DNA of 64,000 nt from Callorhinchus milii (lineage: Eukaryota), in contig NW_024704743.1 of the NCBI RefSeq assembly GCF_018977255.1, positions 98,706,001 through 98,770,000 of the forward strand. The letters are read 5' to 3'. The translations under genes and the position numbers were made by a program. Positions within the stretch are counted from its first letter, which is position 1; every line of letters starts with the position of its first letter. Shown one piece after another: positions 39,524-52,002 of this stretch. The notes beneath the pieces are model-generated. The model searched no databases. It saw nothing but the letters and a program-made list of their open reading frames with translations, and was not told the DNA's origin.

Positions 39524-40530
39524 GTATTTCTGTGCTGGGCACGGAAATCCAATTGGAACGGTTTGTGAAGGGAGTGGCGGGAGAGGAAGGAGCAAAGCAA
39601 CGACTCGTTCCAGGACCTTCGAAAGGAAAGGGAGGTTGAAGATGGGGTGGTAATTTGAGGACAGGATCGAGTCCAGCGAGGGTTTTTTTTAAGGGATCGG
39701 AGTGATGTTAGCCAATTTTAATGGGCTGGGAACAGTGCCAGTGGACAGGGAGAGATTTATGATGTCTGTGAGTAGAGGGGCAAGGAGATGGAGCTGGGAG
39801 GTAAGGAGAGGGGTAGGGATGGGGTCGAGGGAGTAGGTGGTCGGTTTCATGCAGGTTATAATGCTGGTGCAAGGAGTGGGAGACAGGGTTGAAGGTGTGG
39901 AGGGAGGGATAGGGGCCGGGGTTTGAGGGGGAGATGGGGAGGGGGTAGTAGATGGAAGGGCAGAGGCAGCTGAGTGGATCTCCTCGACTTTCAATTCGAG
40001 GAAGTCCAGCATCGCTTCGCAGTTGGCATTGGAGGATGGGCGAGGCGCAAGAGGGTAGGTGGAGCAACTGGTTGGTGATGGAGAAGAGAAGCCTGGGGTT
40101 GCCCTTGGCCTCCAAGATTGTCTTGGGAGTAGAACGACGATTTAGAGGAGGCGAGGGCGGAGTGGTAAGATTTGATAAGGCCCGGCCAGATTGTCAATGG
40201 ACTGTTAAGTTTGATTTAAGCAGGTGCGTTCAGTGGCACGCACCTGTGACTTAAGGGAGCGGAGGTGGCTGGTGTACCACGGTGACTTTCATGAGTAGGA
40301 GACAGTTCAGGAAGTGAAGGGAGCAAGGGCATCAAGAGTGGTGGAGAGGGAGTCATGGAGGAGAGTGACCGAGGAGGATAAGTCATTGCGGGAGGAAGCC
40401 CAGAGGGGGAGGAGTTCAGCGGAACGCGAGACGGGGGTGGGGAGGGGGGGGAGATTTTTTTCCAGAGGCGGTAGGAGAGGGATTGAGGAGTTAAGAGAGA
40501 TGAAGTGTGGTCCGAGATAGTTCATGAAGT
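39524..40530 (-). mobile_element. L2 internal ORF2 fragment (tether to RT start)
   Basis: NPRLLFSITNQLL and LDPIPT..L..IINLSLSTGTVP..LK.A.ITP segments; aligns with 48880-49720. Confidence 0.88.
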
Positions 40531-43156
40531 TCATGCTTGACCAACCTCATTGAATTGTTTGAAGAGGTAACAGAAAGAGTAGACAAGGGTAATGCAGTAG
40601 ATGGAACATATTTGGATTAATAAGGTACAGCATAATAGACTAATGAATAAGGTCACTGCATCTGGAGTCAGGGGAAAAGTAGCAGAATGGATACCAAGCT
40701 AGCAACAAGACAGAAAACAGAGAGTAGGGGTAAAGGGTAGCTACTCAGACTGGCAGAGGGTGAGAAGTGGTGTTCCACAAGGATCGGTATTAGGACCATT
40801 GTTGTTCACAATTTACATTAACAATTTGGACTCGGGGATCGAAAGTACAATTTTTGCAGACGACACCAATTTGGGGGGTGTAGTTAATACTGAGGAGGAC
40901 TGCAACAAATTACAAGACATTGATAAACTTGTTGAATGGGCATTTCATTGACAAATAAATTTCAATATAGATAAGTGTGAAGCGGTTCATTTTGGTAGGA
41001 GGAATAAGGAGATCACATACTACCTGGAGAATAAGAATCTAAATGGGGTAGAGAAGCAAAGGAGTACAGATACACAAATCGCTAAAAATAGCGACACAGG
41101 CCATAATAAGGCCATAAAAAAAAGCAAAACAAGGGCTGGGGTTCATTCTAGAGAGATAGAAATGAAAACCAGAGAAGTTATGATAAACTTGCATCAAACC
41201 TTGGTGAGACCACACTTGGGAGTACTGTGTACAGTTCTGATCCCCATATTATAGAAAGGATATAGAGGCACTGGGGAACATGCTAAGGAGATTTACAAGG
41301 ATGATACCGGAACTGGGAGGTTACGCCTATGAGGAAAGGCAGAATGACCTTGGACTCTTCTCTTGAAAAGAGATGAGTGAGAGGTGACCTGATAGAGGTC
41401 TTTAAAATTATGAAAGGGTAGACATAGAGAAGATGTTTCCACTTGTGGGGGAGACCAAAATTAGGGGCCATAAATATAAAATAGTCACCAATAAGTCAAA
41501 TAGGGAAGTCAGAAGAAACTTCTTTACCCAGAGAGTGGTGGGAATGTGAAACTTGCTACCACAAGTAGTTGAGGAAAATAGCATAGATGCATTTAAGGGG
41601 AAGCTAGATAAGTACATGAGGGAGAAAGGAATAGAAGGTTACACTGACAGGCTTAGTTGAGGAAGGGCAGGAGGAGGCTCACGTGGAGTATAAACGCCAG
41701 CATAGACCAGTTAGCCCGAATGGCCTGTTTCCGTGCTGTATATTCTATGTAATTCTATGTAATGGAAGTTGGAATAGCTCTGAGAAAATAAAAGACAACT
41801 GATATTCGATCAAATCACCAAAATCATAATTTTTTTTAAAACCACTGGGTTTCTCTGGGTGGCTTTGAGAAACTTTTTTTCTATTTTCACACATCAGAAA
41901 TCAAATTCTGCACTTTTAGGAACAGCCCCAGTTGAACATATATGTAGTAATAGAGTTGTCATACAAATCAATAAAGACTTACACTTAAAATATACCCCTC
42001 TGGTAAGATCCAAAGAAGTAATTTGCTGTGCAGCTCAAAGTTTGATTATCCTCTGGTAGATATATAGCATTTCATATCAAACGTATTGAATTTAAAGACT
42101 TTCACAAACTACTTTCCAACTATTACATGCTTATCTCAATCAGGTTATGAGGAAGAACTGGAGGCACACACTCACCACCAAAGAATGTGGGATGTAAAGG
42201 TTGGATTGTCGACACATATCTTACAGATATGTAAAGTTTTCTATGAATGCTGCACTGTAACAGATTATGCTATACAATAGAGTGTTTGCATAACAAAGTA
42301 TTCTAAAAATGTTGGTAATTTTAACACTGTTTATATTCAACATTATCCATTTCAATCACTTTGTTTTCTTCCAATACCCTGATCTATGACTTGTTGGACC
42401 ACCTGGACTGTGATTTTTTTTAAATTTAGATAAAAAAACATTTGTTTACCCGATTTATTTCAAATTATTTAGATATTTGGCAAGCTTTGACAACAAAGAT
42501 GATAGACTTCCTGGCTGTGAGGTAGATACAAATGTCAATGCCTCTGCTTAGTGTATTTGTTGCATAGTGATGTCTGGGAGAACTTACAACCCAAAAGTCA
42601 GCTGTATTCGTAGCTCAACACATGAATAAATTGTGTAAACAAAACCACGTTTAATGTTAAGAATTAATTTTCCTCAATTTGGAAAAATGATTAACACTAA
42701 TTTTTTCTAATTAAAATTAGAAATGAGCAAGCCTATCTATTGTCCACCTTGTGCATTAATTATTTGGGGCAAAATGTGTACTGTTTGCTTACTAAATAGA
42801 AAGTGTGTTATGGCAAAGAGCGCATACAGAAATGTTATTTTTCCAATTAAGGCAATCAAAATGGGGTTTTAAAAAAACATTAAACACAAATAATTCCACT
42901 ACTCTCAAAACTTGCGTTTGACAACATGGTCATTACTAGATTCATCATAGAGAAAAATAATTGGGAGTAAGTTTATAAACTTGCTTTGTGCTTTAAATGG
43001 TCTAGCATAGACAAAAAAAAGACAAGCACCATATGACCTTCATAAATGACTCCACACCTTCAAATGATCTTCAAAAAGAATTATGAAGTAGGACATAATC
43101 ACAATTTGGGATTTTTCCCCTCTCAAAGGTAAAAAAGAACAATTTTGCTCACTTAC

Positions 43157-43285
43157 CTTGTCGATGTCGCTTCCCAGCCTCAGGTGGTAAAGACATGTTA
43201 TAAGCTCTGCGGACAGTAGGTTTTGACCCAGTGCCATTTGGATAATGATAGATAACCGAAGATGAGCACAAACCCTCCAGAGCAG
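43157..43285 (-). CDS. TRAPPC9: TRAPPC9 exon 4, 129 nt
   Basis: tttag|CT GCT CTG GAG... = (A)[42 protein letters not shown]; donor G|GTAAGT. Confidence 0.96.
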
Positions 43286-43993
43286 CTAAACAAAGAAACC
43301 AAAACCATTATCATATTTAAGAATTTAAACATATGTACAATATCTACTGTATAGAAAAATTTAGCTTTAAATCATTAACCTCTAATACTTTAACCACCAA
43401 CATACTACAGCAGATGGAAAAAAATCACAATAGAAAATTTAATCGTTAAATGATAGAAATGACAATATTTTTGTAATCATAGAATTTTACTGCACAAAAA
43501 AAACACTAAATGTTTAAAACTTGTGTGCACTTCAGCATAATACAAGCAGTGTTTAATATACATTAAAAAATAAAACTATATTAACTGTCTTAATGAATAC
43601 ATTAATTGGTCATTCACTTCATAGCCATTTGAAGGATATTTCTGTGCATAAATTGGATGCCACCAAATACAGAGTCACTACACTATGTCACCAATGTGTG
43701 TCAGCCTAATAACACTTTATGCCTCCAAGTCAGACGGTTGTGGGTGCAAGCACCATATTAGGAATTGAACTCATTTTGTCTGGGCTGGCACTCCCATATA
43801 CTGCTGGGGACGATTGTTAGAGACGTCGCTGTTTGAATGAGACTTTAACCTGAAGTCTTGTCTGCCTTTTCGGGTAGACACTGAAGATTAACCTGTTTTA
43901 TAGATTTAAACTTCACCTGCACGTGTGAAAATGCATATGAAATACGTTAATGTAAGCATCTGAAATGTATAACCTTGAGTAAAATTGTCCTCA

Positions 43994-44182
<189 letters not shown>

Positions 44183-46477
44183 TTAGATTAAAATATTGCT
44201 TTGGCACTGGCTGCATAAATTTCATCCATTCACATTACTGGCTGATCATCAAACATTTGGCCTTGCCTACATTGGTTAATGTATCTTTAAAACAAATTGA
44301 TCAAGTCTATGCGTTATCAGTTAATGCATCATAAATATTTTAGTATTCTAATGTACTTTATAAATACATTAGATTACAATATATAGGTGCACTCTAAAAA
44401 TATACCTTTTTTAATGAAGTGCAAACCATCACCCAAACCCCCATACTAAGGTACACAAATATGAAACTATTTAATACAACCAAACCTCTTCAACTTTTCA
44501 TTTAATAAAAGGAAACAAATGAAATTGTAACCTAATTTCAATAATTCGCTGAATTGTGTGGTTATCAACATTTCAGCATATACAATTTGAAACACATCAA
44601 GTGATCAATATTAAGGAAAATGTCAATTTAATTTAAACTCTTTAGTAATAAATCTCAAAATATTGTATGAACTAGTTATACTTTAAATTAGGTGTTAATC
44701 AAAGACGTGATAAGGCGCTATATCAAGATGTTGCAAAGTTGTATTTGAGTTTGATACCCATGCACCTCTTTATTTGTTGTTGCAAAAACTTTTAAAGCCA
44801 GGTTTAAAAGCTCAATGTAAGTTATACAGCCTCAACGCATACCATACAAAAGATTGAAAAAAATGTTGGGGTGGGTAAGGGAGGGGAAAGCAATTTCTTC
44901 TTGAAGTGACAATTCAGTGGTGACTGCAATTTAAAAACAATTCAAAATTATCTGCATTTTGCCCAGTCTATTATTCCTGCATTCCAGACATATTAAAAGA
45001 ATCATGAACCATTGAAACAATACACTAAACTCAGTATTCCACATTTCTCAGTTTCTTCCACTACATATAGTCACACTTGGATTTGATATAGCGCCTCATC
45101 ACGTCATCAAGATGTCTCAAAGCTCTTCACAGATTATACTGTAAAGTGAATTGAGTGTATATTTTGTGGGCAAAATGGGGCAGACAACTGCACACAGAAG
45201 TGTGCAATTGAGAACTGACACTTTTGTAAACAAAAAGCTTTTAAGATAAAAGAGAACAAAAAAAGAATAAATGTCGAACATGAAGTTGCATCTCAATAAT
45301 TACTACAAATATATTAGCAAGCTTTCTTTCTCTCCCGCCCGCTCCCCACCTTTCTTGAGAACAGACTCATTCAATATGTACTGACAGCATTTTAATACCT
45401 TAACGAAATGGCCATTCTCCAGGTGCAATCCCCAAAATGATTAATCAACAAATTATTTCATGATAAAGCCATGACAGCTATGCCTAATGAAGTTCTTGGA
45501 CATCCATACCCATGGAATTAGGGACAACACACTAGTGATTAACCAACTTTCACACCTTTCTAACGCAATGTTGACTGAATTGTGGAAACCCCAAAATATT
45601 AGCTAGCTCAGCATAAACCAAGATCATCACAAACCCAGACTGGGCAACCTAGGATCATCTTTGTCTGTACATCTCAGTTCTACATTGAACAATTAATTTC
45701 AGCTTTAAGGAAGTTAAAGATTTACAACAGCAAGATTACATTTGTATAGCGCCTTTCATGTCGGGAGGACATCCCAAGGCGCTGCTATATAAACCCAAAT
45801 TTAAAGATAAAATATATTTCAGCAACTCAGATGTACGGTATTGTTACACACACAGATCAATCTATGAAAATGGACACTTAATTGTATTTCCAGGAAACTC
45901 AGTCCAATTGGATCATATCATTCATAAGATATTTCTATAGCCAATGCATGTAAATACAGTCACCACTAAGTTGGTCTAGGCATTTTGTACCACTAAGCAT
46001 TTTACAAAACTAAGGCAGCTATGAAGCAAGCTTAGAAAAAAATGAACTGTATAGCATGGTTACACAATGACTATGCATGAAATTCTAACAGCTATGTGTG
46101 AACTAAAACCTAATTTATGGTATCTTCCTAAATAGTTATGCTGTTCCAAAAGGGGCAAGGAACAAACATAATGCACTTTATTTAGGTTTCTCATCAGGCA
46201 GAATGCGACTCTTAGGAGCTTCTGTGGAGTCTGCAGCTCACCTTTTCACACCCAATAATAAACTCATAGGACAGTATGAAAGAAAGAAAAAGGAATAAGA
46301 CAAATTCAGAAAAACTCACATAAGAACAGTTCAAAAATAAAATGTAGCTTTCCACAAATCTGTCATACTGTCATACGTTCCTAAAGCGCCATATCAAATG
46401 TAAGGATTACTATTATTATATAAAATTTCAAATACAAAAGATACATGACCAAAAGAGTGATTGTAGATTTCCAAAAC

Positions 46478-46730
46478 AAAAACAGAAGTCGCTGGGAACA
46501 CTTAGCAGGTCAGGCAGCATCTATGCAGAAAGGAAAACGAGTCAACGTTTCGGGTCCACGACCCTTCGTCAGAACTAGGGCATGTTGGGTGGGAGAGGCT
46601 TTTAAGGGATAACAGAGAGAGGGGAGGCAGGGCACGGAAGACAAAGGAGACTTGCTGCCTGACTTGCTGAGTGTTCCCAGCAACTTCGGTTTCTAGATTT
46701 CCAGCATCTGCAGTATTTTGTGTTTTGTAG
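46478..46730. mobile_element. Non-autonomous Penelope-like element fragment with 39-bp inverted repeats
   Basis: Arms 46481-46519 and 46653-46691 match at 35/39 as reverse complements and enclose the hammerhead. Assignment to Penelope-like elements rests on the known PLE-hammerhead association and recalled similarity to a common chondrichthyan repeat. Confidence 0.65.
46540..46576 (-). ncRNA. Minimal type I hammerhead ribozyme motif
   Basis: Minus strand reads AGUU-CUGACGA-A-GGGUC-GUG-GACCC-GAAAC-GUU-GACU: CUGANGA and GAAA core boxes, stem II GGGUC/GACCC, stem I AGUU/GACU, GUU cleavage triplet, palindromic AACGUU stem III. Confidence 0.8.
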
Positions 46731-47619
46731 ATTTTCAGTTTTGCTGCTCTTGGTATTCCTGCTGACAAGTTTACCAAATTGATATTTCAACATTACAGCA
46801 TTCCACTTTCAATTTTTTATACATATATATTTAAAAAAATCAAATTATTTGGATGTTGGAGAGGTACTTTTTTTTAAAGTTTCTGATGAAGCATATTTAT
46901 TATCCGTTTAAATATATTGAATCTGCTGACATTAAGTTAAATCAAAACCCAACAGGCATTTAAAATACATACATTAAATGCAAGTATAGGTATTGTAAAG
47001 CAAAATTCTTGAAACAGTTTAAAATTATGGGAAAGTAAAAACCTGGACTTACCAATTTGTGTATCATGTGAAATAAATTCTATTTCAATATTAACTTTAG
47101 ATTACTTGCTGGAAAAGGAGACAAAGATACAATGTAGTGTAAATTCCAATTTAAGTACAGTTAAAATCCACCAGAATGCAAAATTTGTAGATGATCATTG
47201 TCATCGCTTAAAAAAAACAGCAATTTTTAAATGGATTATATTATGTGCAGATTGTGACATTCTTTATATGCCTCACTAATTTGACTACTGTGGAGGAAAA
47301 TGGGTATCAATCTTATCAACAAATGATTCTGTACTTGAGCTTGCAGAATAAAGTGGTCCACCAGCAACAACACGCAACACATTTATTTCTATGGAGTTGA
47401 ACAATAGAAGCTTACGCAATACCTCAGCAACAAAAGCATACAGAATTTGATATTAAAGTTGTTCATGTACAATATCAGAGACCAGGGTACAATATGTGAA
47501 ATCAACAGAAATAGATCAAGACTGCTATTTCAAAGGAATAACATTTCAAGATCCTAGTCATCGCCTTCAAAGCTCTCCATGGCCTTGCTCGCCCCTACCT
47601 CTGTGACCTCCTAACCCCC

Positions 47620-49728
47620 TACAACAACAACAAAATAGTTACATTTGTAAAGCTCCTTTCATGTCGGGAGGATGTCCCAAGGCACTGGACAGACAGTTAC
47701 GGACCCGAGCTGGGGGTCGGGGTGGGGGAAGGTGGAGGGCGGGGGGGGGGGGGAGCAGGGAGATCGAAAGCACGGTCGATGAGGGTCTTGAGGTGGGTCT
47801 TGAAGGTGGCGAGGGAAGGGGATGAGGCAGAGGGACTGCGGGATGGAGTTCCAGAGGGTGAGGGCAGAGTGACGGAAGGCCCGCCTACAAATAGTGGGAC
47901 GAGCAAGGCGGGGGACGTGAAGCAGGCCGGAGCCTGCTGAGGGGAAGGAGCAAACAGGATGATACGGGGTTAAGAGGTCGCAGAGATAGGGGGGAGCAAG
48001 ACCGTGGAGGGCTTTGAAGGTGAGAACCAGGATCTTGAACTATATCCTCTGTGTGATGGGAAGCCAGTGGAGTTAGGCAAGGATGGGGGTGATAGGGTCG
48101 CGGAGTTCTGGATGATCTGCAGCCTATCGAGGGAGGAGTTGGGGAGGCCGATAAGCAATGAGTTTGCATAGTCGAACCTCGATGCAATGAAACCATGCAT
48201 GAGGGTTTCGGCAGCCTGCGGTGTGAGACAGTGGCGGAGCCGGGCGACGATGCAGAGGTGAGGAAAGGTAGAGCGGGTCATGGCACAGATGTGGGATAGA
48301 AAGGATAGCTGAGAGTCCAAGGTTCCGGACTGGCTTAGCAAGGTAGAGTGTGCAACCATGGATAGTGATGCTGTCAGCGCCTGAGGTGAGCCAATCAGGA
48401 GAGCCTCGGTCTTGTTGACGTTCAACTGAAGAAAGTTAGCTTTCATCCAGGACTTGATGTCTGACAGACATTCAGTGGTCTTGGAGTCAAGGGTGGAGGC
48501 AGAGAGGTAGAGTTGGGTGTCATCCGCATATATGTGAAAGTTGATCCCATGTCTGCGGATGATGTCACCAAGAGGGAGCATACAGATGTTGAAGAGGAGG
48601 GGACCAAGGATAGAGCCCTGAGGAACGCCGCACAAGATGGTCCGGGAGCTAGAGAAGAAGCCATTTGTGGTGATGAGGTGCAGACAGTGTGAGAGGTACG
48701 ATCTGAACCAGTCAAGGACAGCGCCGTGGAGGTTGAGGTGAGAGGAGAGGTGGTGGATGAGGATAGAGTGGTCGACGGTGTCAAAAGCAGCAGAGAAGTC
48801 AAGTAGGACGAGGACGCAGAGGGAGTCCTGGTCGCAGGTGGACAGAATGTCATTTGTCACTTTGACCAGCGAGCTTTCTGTACTGTGGACAGCATGGAAA
48901 CCCGATTGGAGGAGTTCGAGAAGGGAGTGACGGGAGAGGAAGGAGTGAAATTGAGAAGCAACAACTCGTTCGAGGACCTTGGAGAGTAAGGGGAGGTTGG
49001 AGATGGGGATGTAGTTAGGGAGTAGAGAAGGGTCCAGGGAGGGTTTTTTTTAAGGATAGGAGTGATGACAGCATTTTTTAATCGGGGTGGGAACAGTACC
49101 AGAGGGCAGGGAGAGGTTTACAATGTCAGTGAGTAGAGGGGCAAGGAGGTGGAGCTGGGAGATAAGGAGAGGGGTAGGGATAGGGTTGAGGGAGCAGGTT
49201 TCATACGGGTTATGGTGGTGATGAGAGAGGAGGGGGAGACAGGTTCAAAGGTGTGGAGGGATGGGTGGGTAGGGCTGGGGTGGGAGGAGGAGATGGAGAG
49301 GGGGTAGCAGATGCAGTGGCAGAGGCGGCTGAGTTGATTCCCTCGACTTTGGAGTCGAGGAAGTCCAGCATCGCCTCGCAGGTGGTATTTGAGGTGAGGA
49401 TGGGCGAGGTGTGAGAGGGTGGGCAGAGGAGCCGGTTTGTGATGGAGAAATGGAGCCTGGGGTTGTCATTAGCCTCCAAGATTGTCTTGGAGTAGAACGA
49501 CAATTTAGCAGAGGCGAGGGCAGAGCGGTAGGATTTGATATGGTCCAGCCAGATCTACCGATGGACAGTTAGGTACGATTTAAGCCAGGTGCGCTTAGCA
49601 GAACTTGCCTGAGTTTTAAGAGAGCAGAGGTGGCTGGTATACCAAGGTGATTTACATGAATAGGAGACGGTTCAGGAAGAGAGGGGAGCGAGGAAATCGA
49701 TAGTGGAGGAGAAGGAGCTGTGGAGAAG
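47620..49728 (-). mobile_element. L2-clade LINE, ~2.1 kb, frameshifted
   Basis: ORF 47970-48860 with LLDFSAAFD, GVPQGSILGP and YADDTQLY; (TTG)n tail at ~47620. Confidence 0.93.
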
Positions 49729-49991
49729 GTATATTTTGTTGAGCGAAACATGGCAGCCAATTACACACAGCAGTGTTTCACAAACAGTCGTGGATTGAGT
49801 GACCAAATTACTGTTTTTTTTTGAAGGGATTATCCCCCAGAAAAGCGATCCACCAATTAACTAACAAACGGGTTCCTACTTACTGATAGGTAAGCAGAGG
49901 CGTGTGGAGTAAGGAAACTTGCCTAACATTTCACCCTGCCCGGGAATCGAGTCTTGTGAGGCGAGTGCTCTAACCAATACACGACAGGACT
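49729..49991 (-). mobile_element. tRNA-derived SINE, long form, tail missing (fused to L2)
   Basis: Head, central module and Deu-like part, then runs directly into L2 ORF2 sequence. Confidence 0.85.
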
Positions 49992-50569
49992 AAACATCTA
50001 GTGTGTTGTGTTTCAGAGAAGGTTTTGCAGACTTCTTTTCTAGACTTTTCACTTTCAATTTCTCTAACTGCAAGATATTTATCCTCCAGCATTTAAGTCT
50101 GTTTCAAGTTAAGTTTCAAGTTAAATTTCTGTTTCATTGCAGTGGAGGTGTCCATCGTTGCAGCACTACGAATGGCACTTGCAATACGGCTACTCTATTG
50201 GCCTAACTAGCCTAATATGTGCCACACACACTCACCTGTCACACTTAATCACTTATGCATGCACATGCCACACTCACTCACCCATCCAATCACCCACTCA
50301 CTCAATCACTCACAAGGATAAAGGCCCGTCGATATAAATGGTAATAACACGATGCACATAGTACTATTAGGGACCTGAAAAATTTATTGACGTAAGTATA
50401 TTTTGTCATAGACATACACATTAAGTTTAGTGTGTTCCTATATGAGGAAGGGATCAGGACTTTCGTTTTTGTGGTCAACATCATCGGGATGTCGATATTA
50501 AAGGGATAGGACTGTATATGCATTAAGGTACAAGTACAGCACTGCTACCATAAAATCATGAATCACAGC

Positions 50570-50882
50570 AATAATAATAATCCTTGCATTTGATAGAGCA
50601 CTTTTCACGTCGGGAGGACGTCCCAAAGCGCTTCACAGAACATACTGTAAAGTGAATTGACTGTATATTTGTGGGCGAACGCAGCAGCCAATTGCGCACA
50701 GCAATGTCCCACAAACAGTCGTAGATTAAAAATGACCAATTTATTATTGTTTTTGGTTTTGGAGGGATTATTATTAGGCGTGTGGAGTAAGGAAACTTGC
50801 CCACGGTTTCGCCCTGCCTGGAATTGAACTCAGGTCTCTCGCTTGCAAAGCGAGTGCTCTAACCACTGAGCTACAGGACTCC
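50570..50882 (-). mobile_element. tRNA-derived SINE, short form with L2-identical tail
   Basis: Full copy with A/B boxes and CTCGC-TTTGCAA-GCGAG arm. Confidence 0.93.
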
Positions 50883-51418
50883 ACAATAGTACTATACCAG
50901 CATTCTGCTGCTGGATCTATGAGTCTCAGTGGCCAATACAATTCCATATATATTTATATACATTTGTACATTACAGAAAAAAATAAAAATTCATATTGTA
51001 CTTGAGTTATATTTCAATCAGTTAGTTTTGAGAAATGCATAGGATTACTCTTCATTCAGGAAATTCAAGATTCCAACCTGGTAACTTGGAGAAAAGCAAT
51101 TTATAATATAATGTCTATGATTATATTAAAGCCTTTAACATTAAGTTTTTTTTAAAAAAGAGGGATTACTCCCAGCAGGGAAATACTGCATAATGATTCT
51201 CCCATTTATGACCAACAATGAAAAGGAATGATTCTCCCCATTTATAACTAACTACAAAACATTTGTGGGCAGATGCATCACACTATCACTGCTGCTCTTA
51301 TTTGTGAACAAAATTGCAATTCTGTGTTCATCATTTCTTCAGCGAACAAAAGCTTTTCATTACAATTGTGTAGAAAGTTAGAGTGATTATGTACTTACAA
51401 ATAACTAAAAAAACTCAC

Positions 51419-52002
51419 CTGCTGTCCGTATCTAGGCCTACAAAATCTTTCTTCTCAAATGGCACACACAGTAATGGTATCTTGTCTCCAGACTTATCTG
51501 TTGCTCGATCAAGTCGTTTTGATTCCAAAACAATGAACAGCGATTCAATGAAGTCTTCCACTTTTTTCTCTATGGTTTCACACTCATCATAAGTAGGATA
51601 AAACGCAACATCAGTCCGAGGTTGCTCAGCTATTTCTCCCTCCAGCCCAAACACAAATAAACGAGAATCATAAAGTGTAGAACCATAAATTTCTTTCTGA
51701 TCATGGAATTTCTCTGCTGTTTGTGGCCATTCCTTTGCATCATAACACTGCGTAATGGCGATCAATCCTACAACTTTTCGATGTGTCTGAAAGTCTCCCC
51801 ATTCATTGTTTTCAGGTGGGTAATGGTGTCTATACCGGATGTACAGCACTCGTTGAGAATCCCGAAGATTGATCTGACTAGCAGCAGTAATTCTTTTGTA
51901 GATCTTGAAAAATTGCTCTTCGGGCACAATTCCCACTGGCTGGACAATGACCAAAAGACTCTGGTGGTCCTCAGCACATTGCATATAGTCAGGGACACTC
52001 AT
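51419..52002 (-). CDS. TRAPPC9: TRAPPC9 first coding exon (exon 2), 584 nt coding
   Basis: Translates [24 protein letters not shown]...[11 protein letters not shown](R), recognisably the TRAPPC9/NIBP N-terminus. ATG at 52002-52000; donor AG|GTGAG at 51419/51418. Confidence 0.98.

Larger units (their letters stand above)
38885..41763 (+). mobile_element. CR1 LINE: endonuclease piece (38885-39192) and RT-to-tail piece (40531-41763), separated by SINE and L2 sequence
   Basis: SIPNKTGELEA..VGITETWL; SCLTNLIE.FEEVT; SGVPQGSVLGPLLFTIYIN; FADDT; tail (ATTCTATGTA)n. Confidence 0.9.

Noticed and set aside
50805..50882. tRNA-Ala(TGC/CGC) genes (also ~7518, 19165, 39435, 52685, 55085, 57720, 63155, 63648)
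   Set aside because: The cloverleaf-like heads run into the same SINE body, have imperfect stems and variable anticodon loops. They are SINE heads, not tRNA genes.
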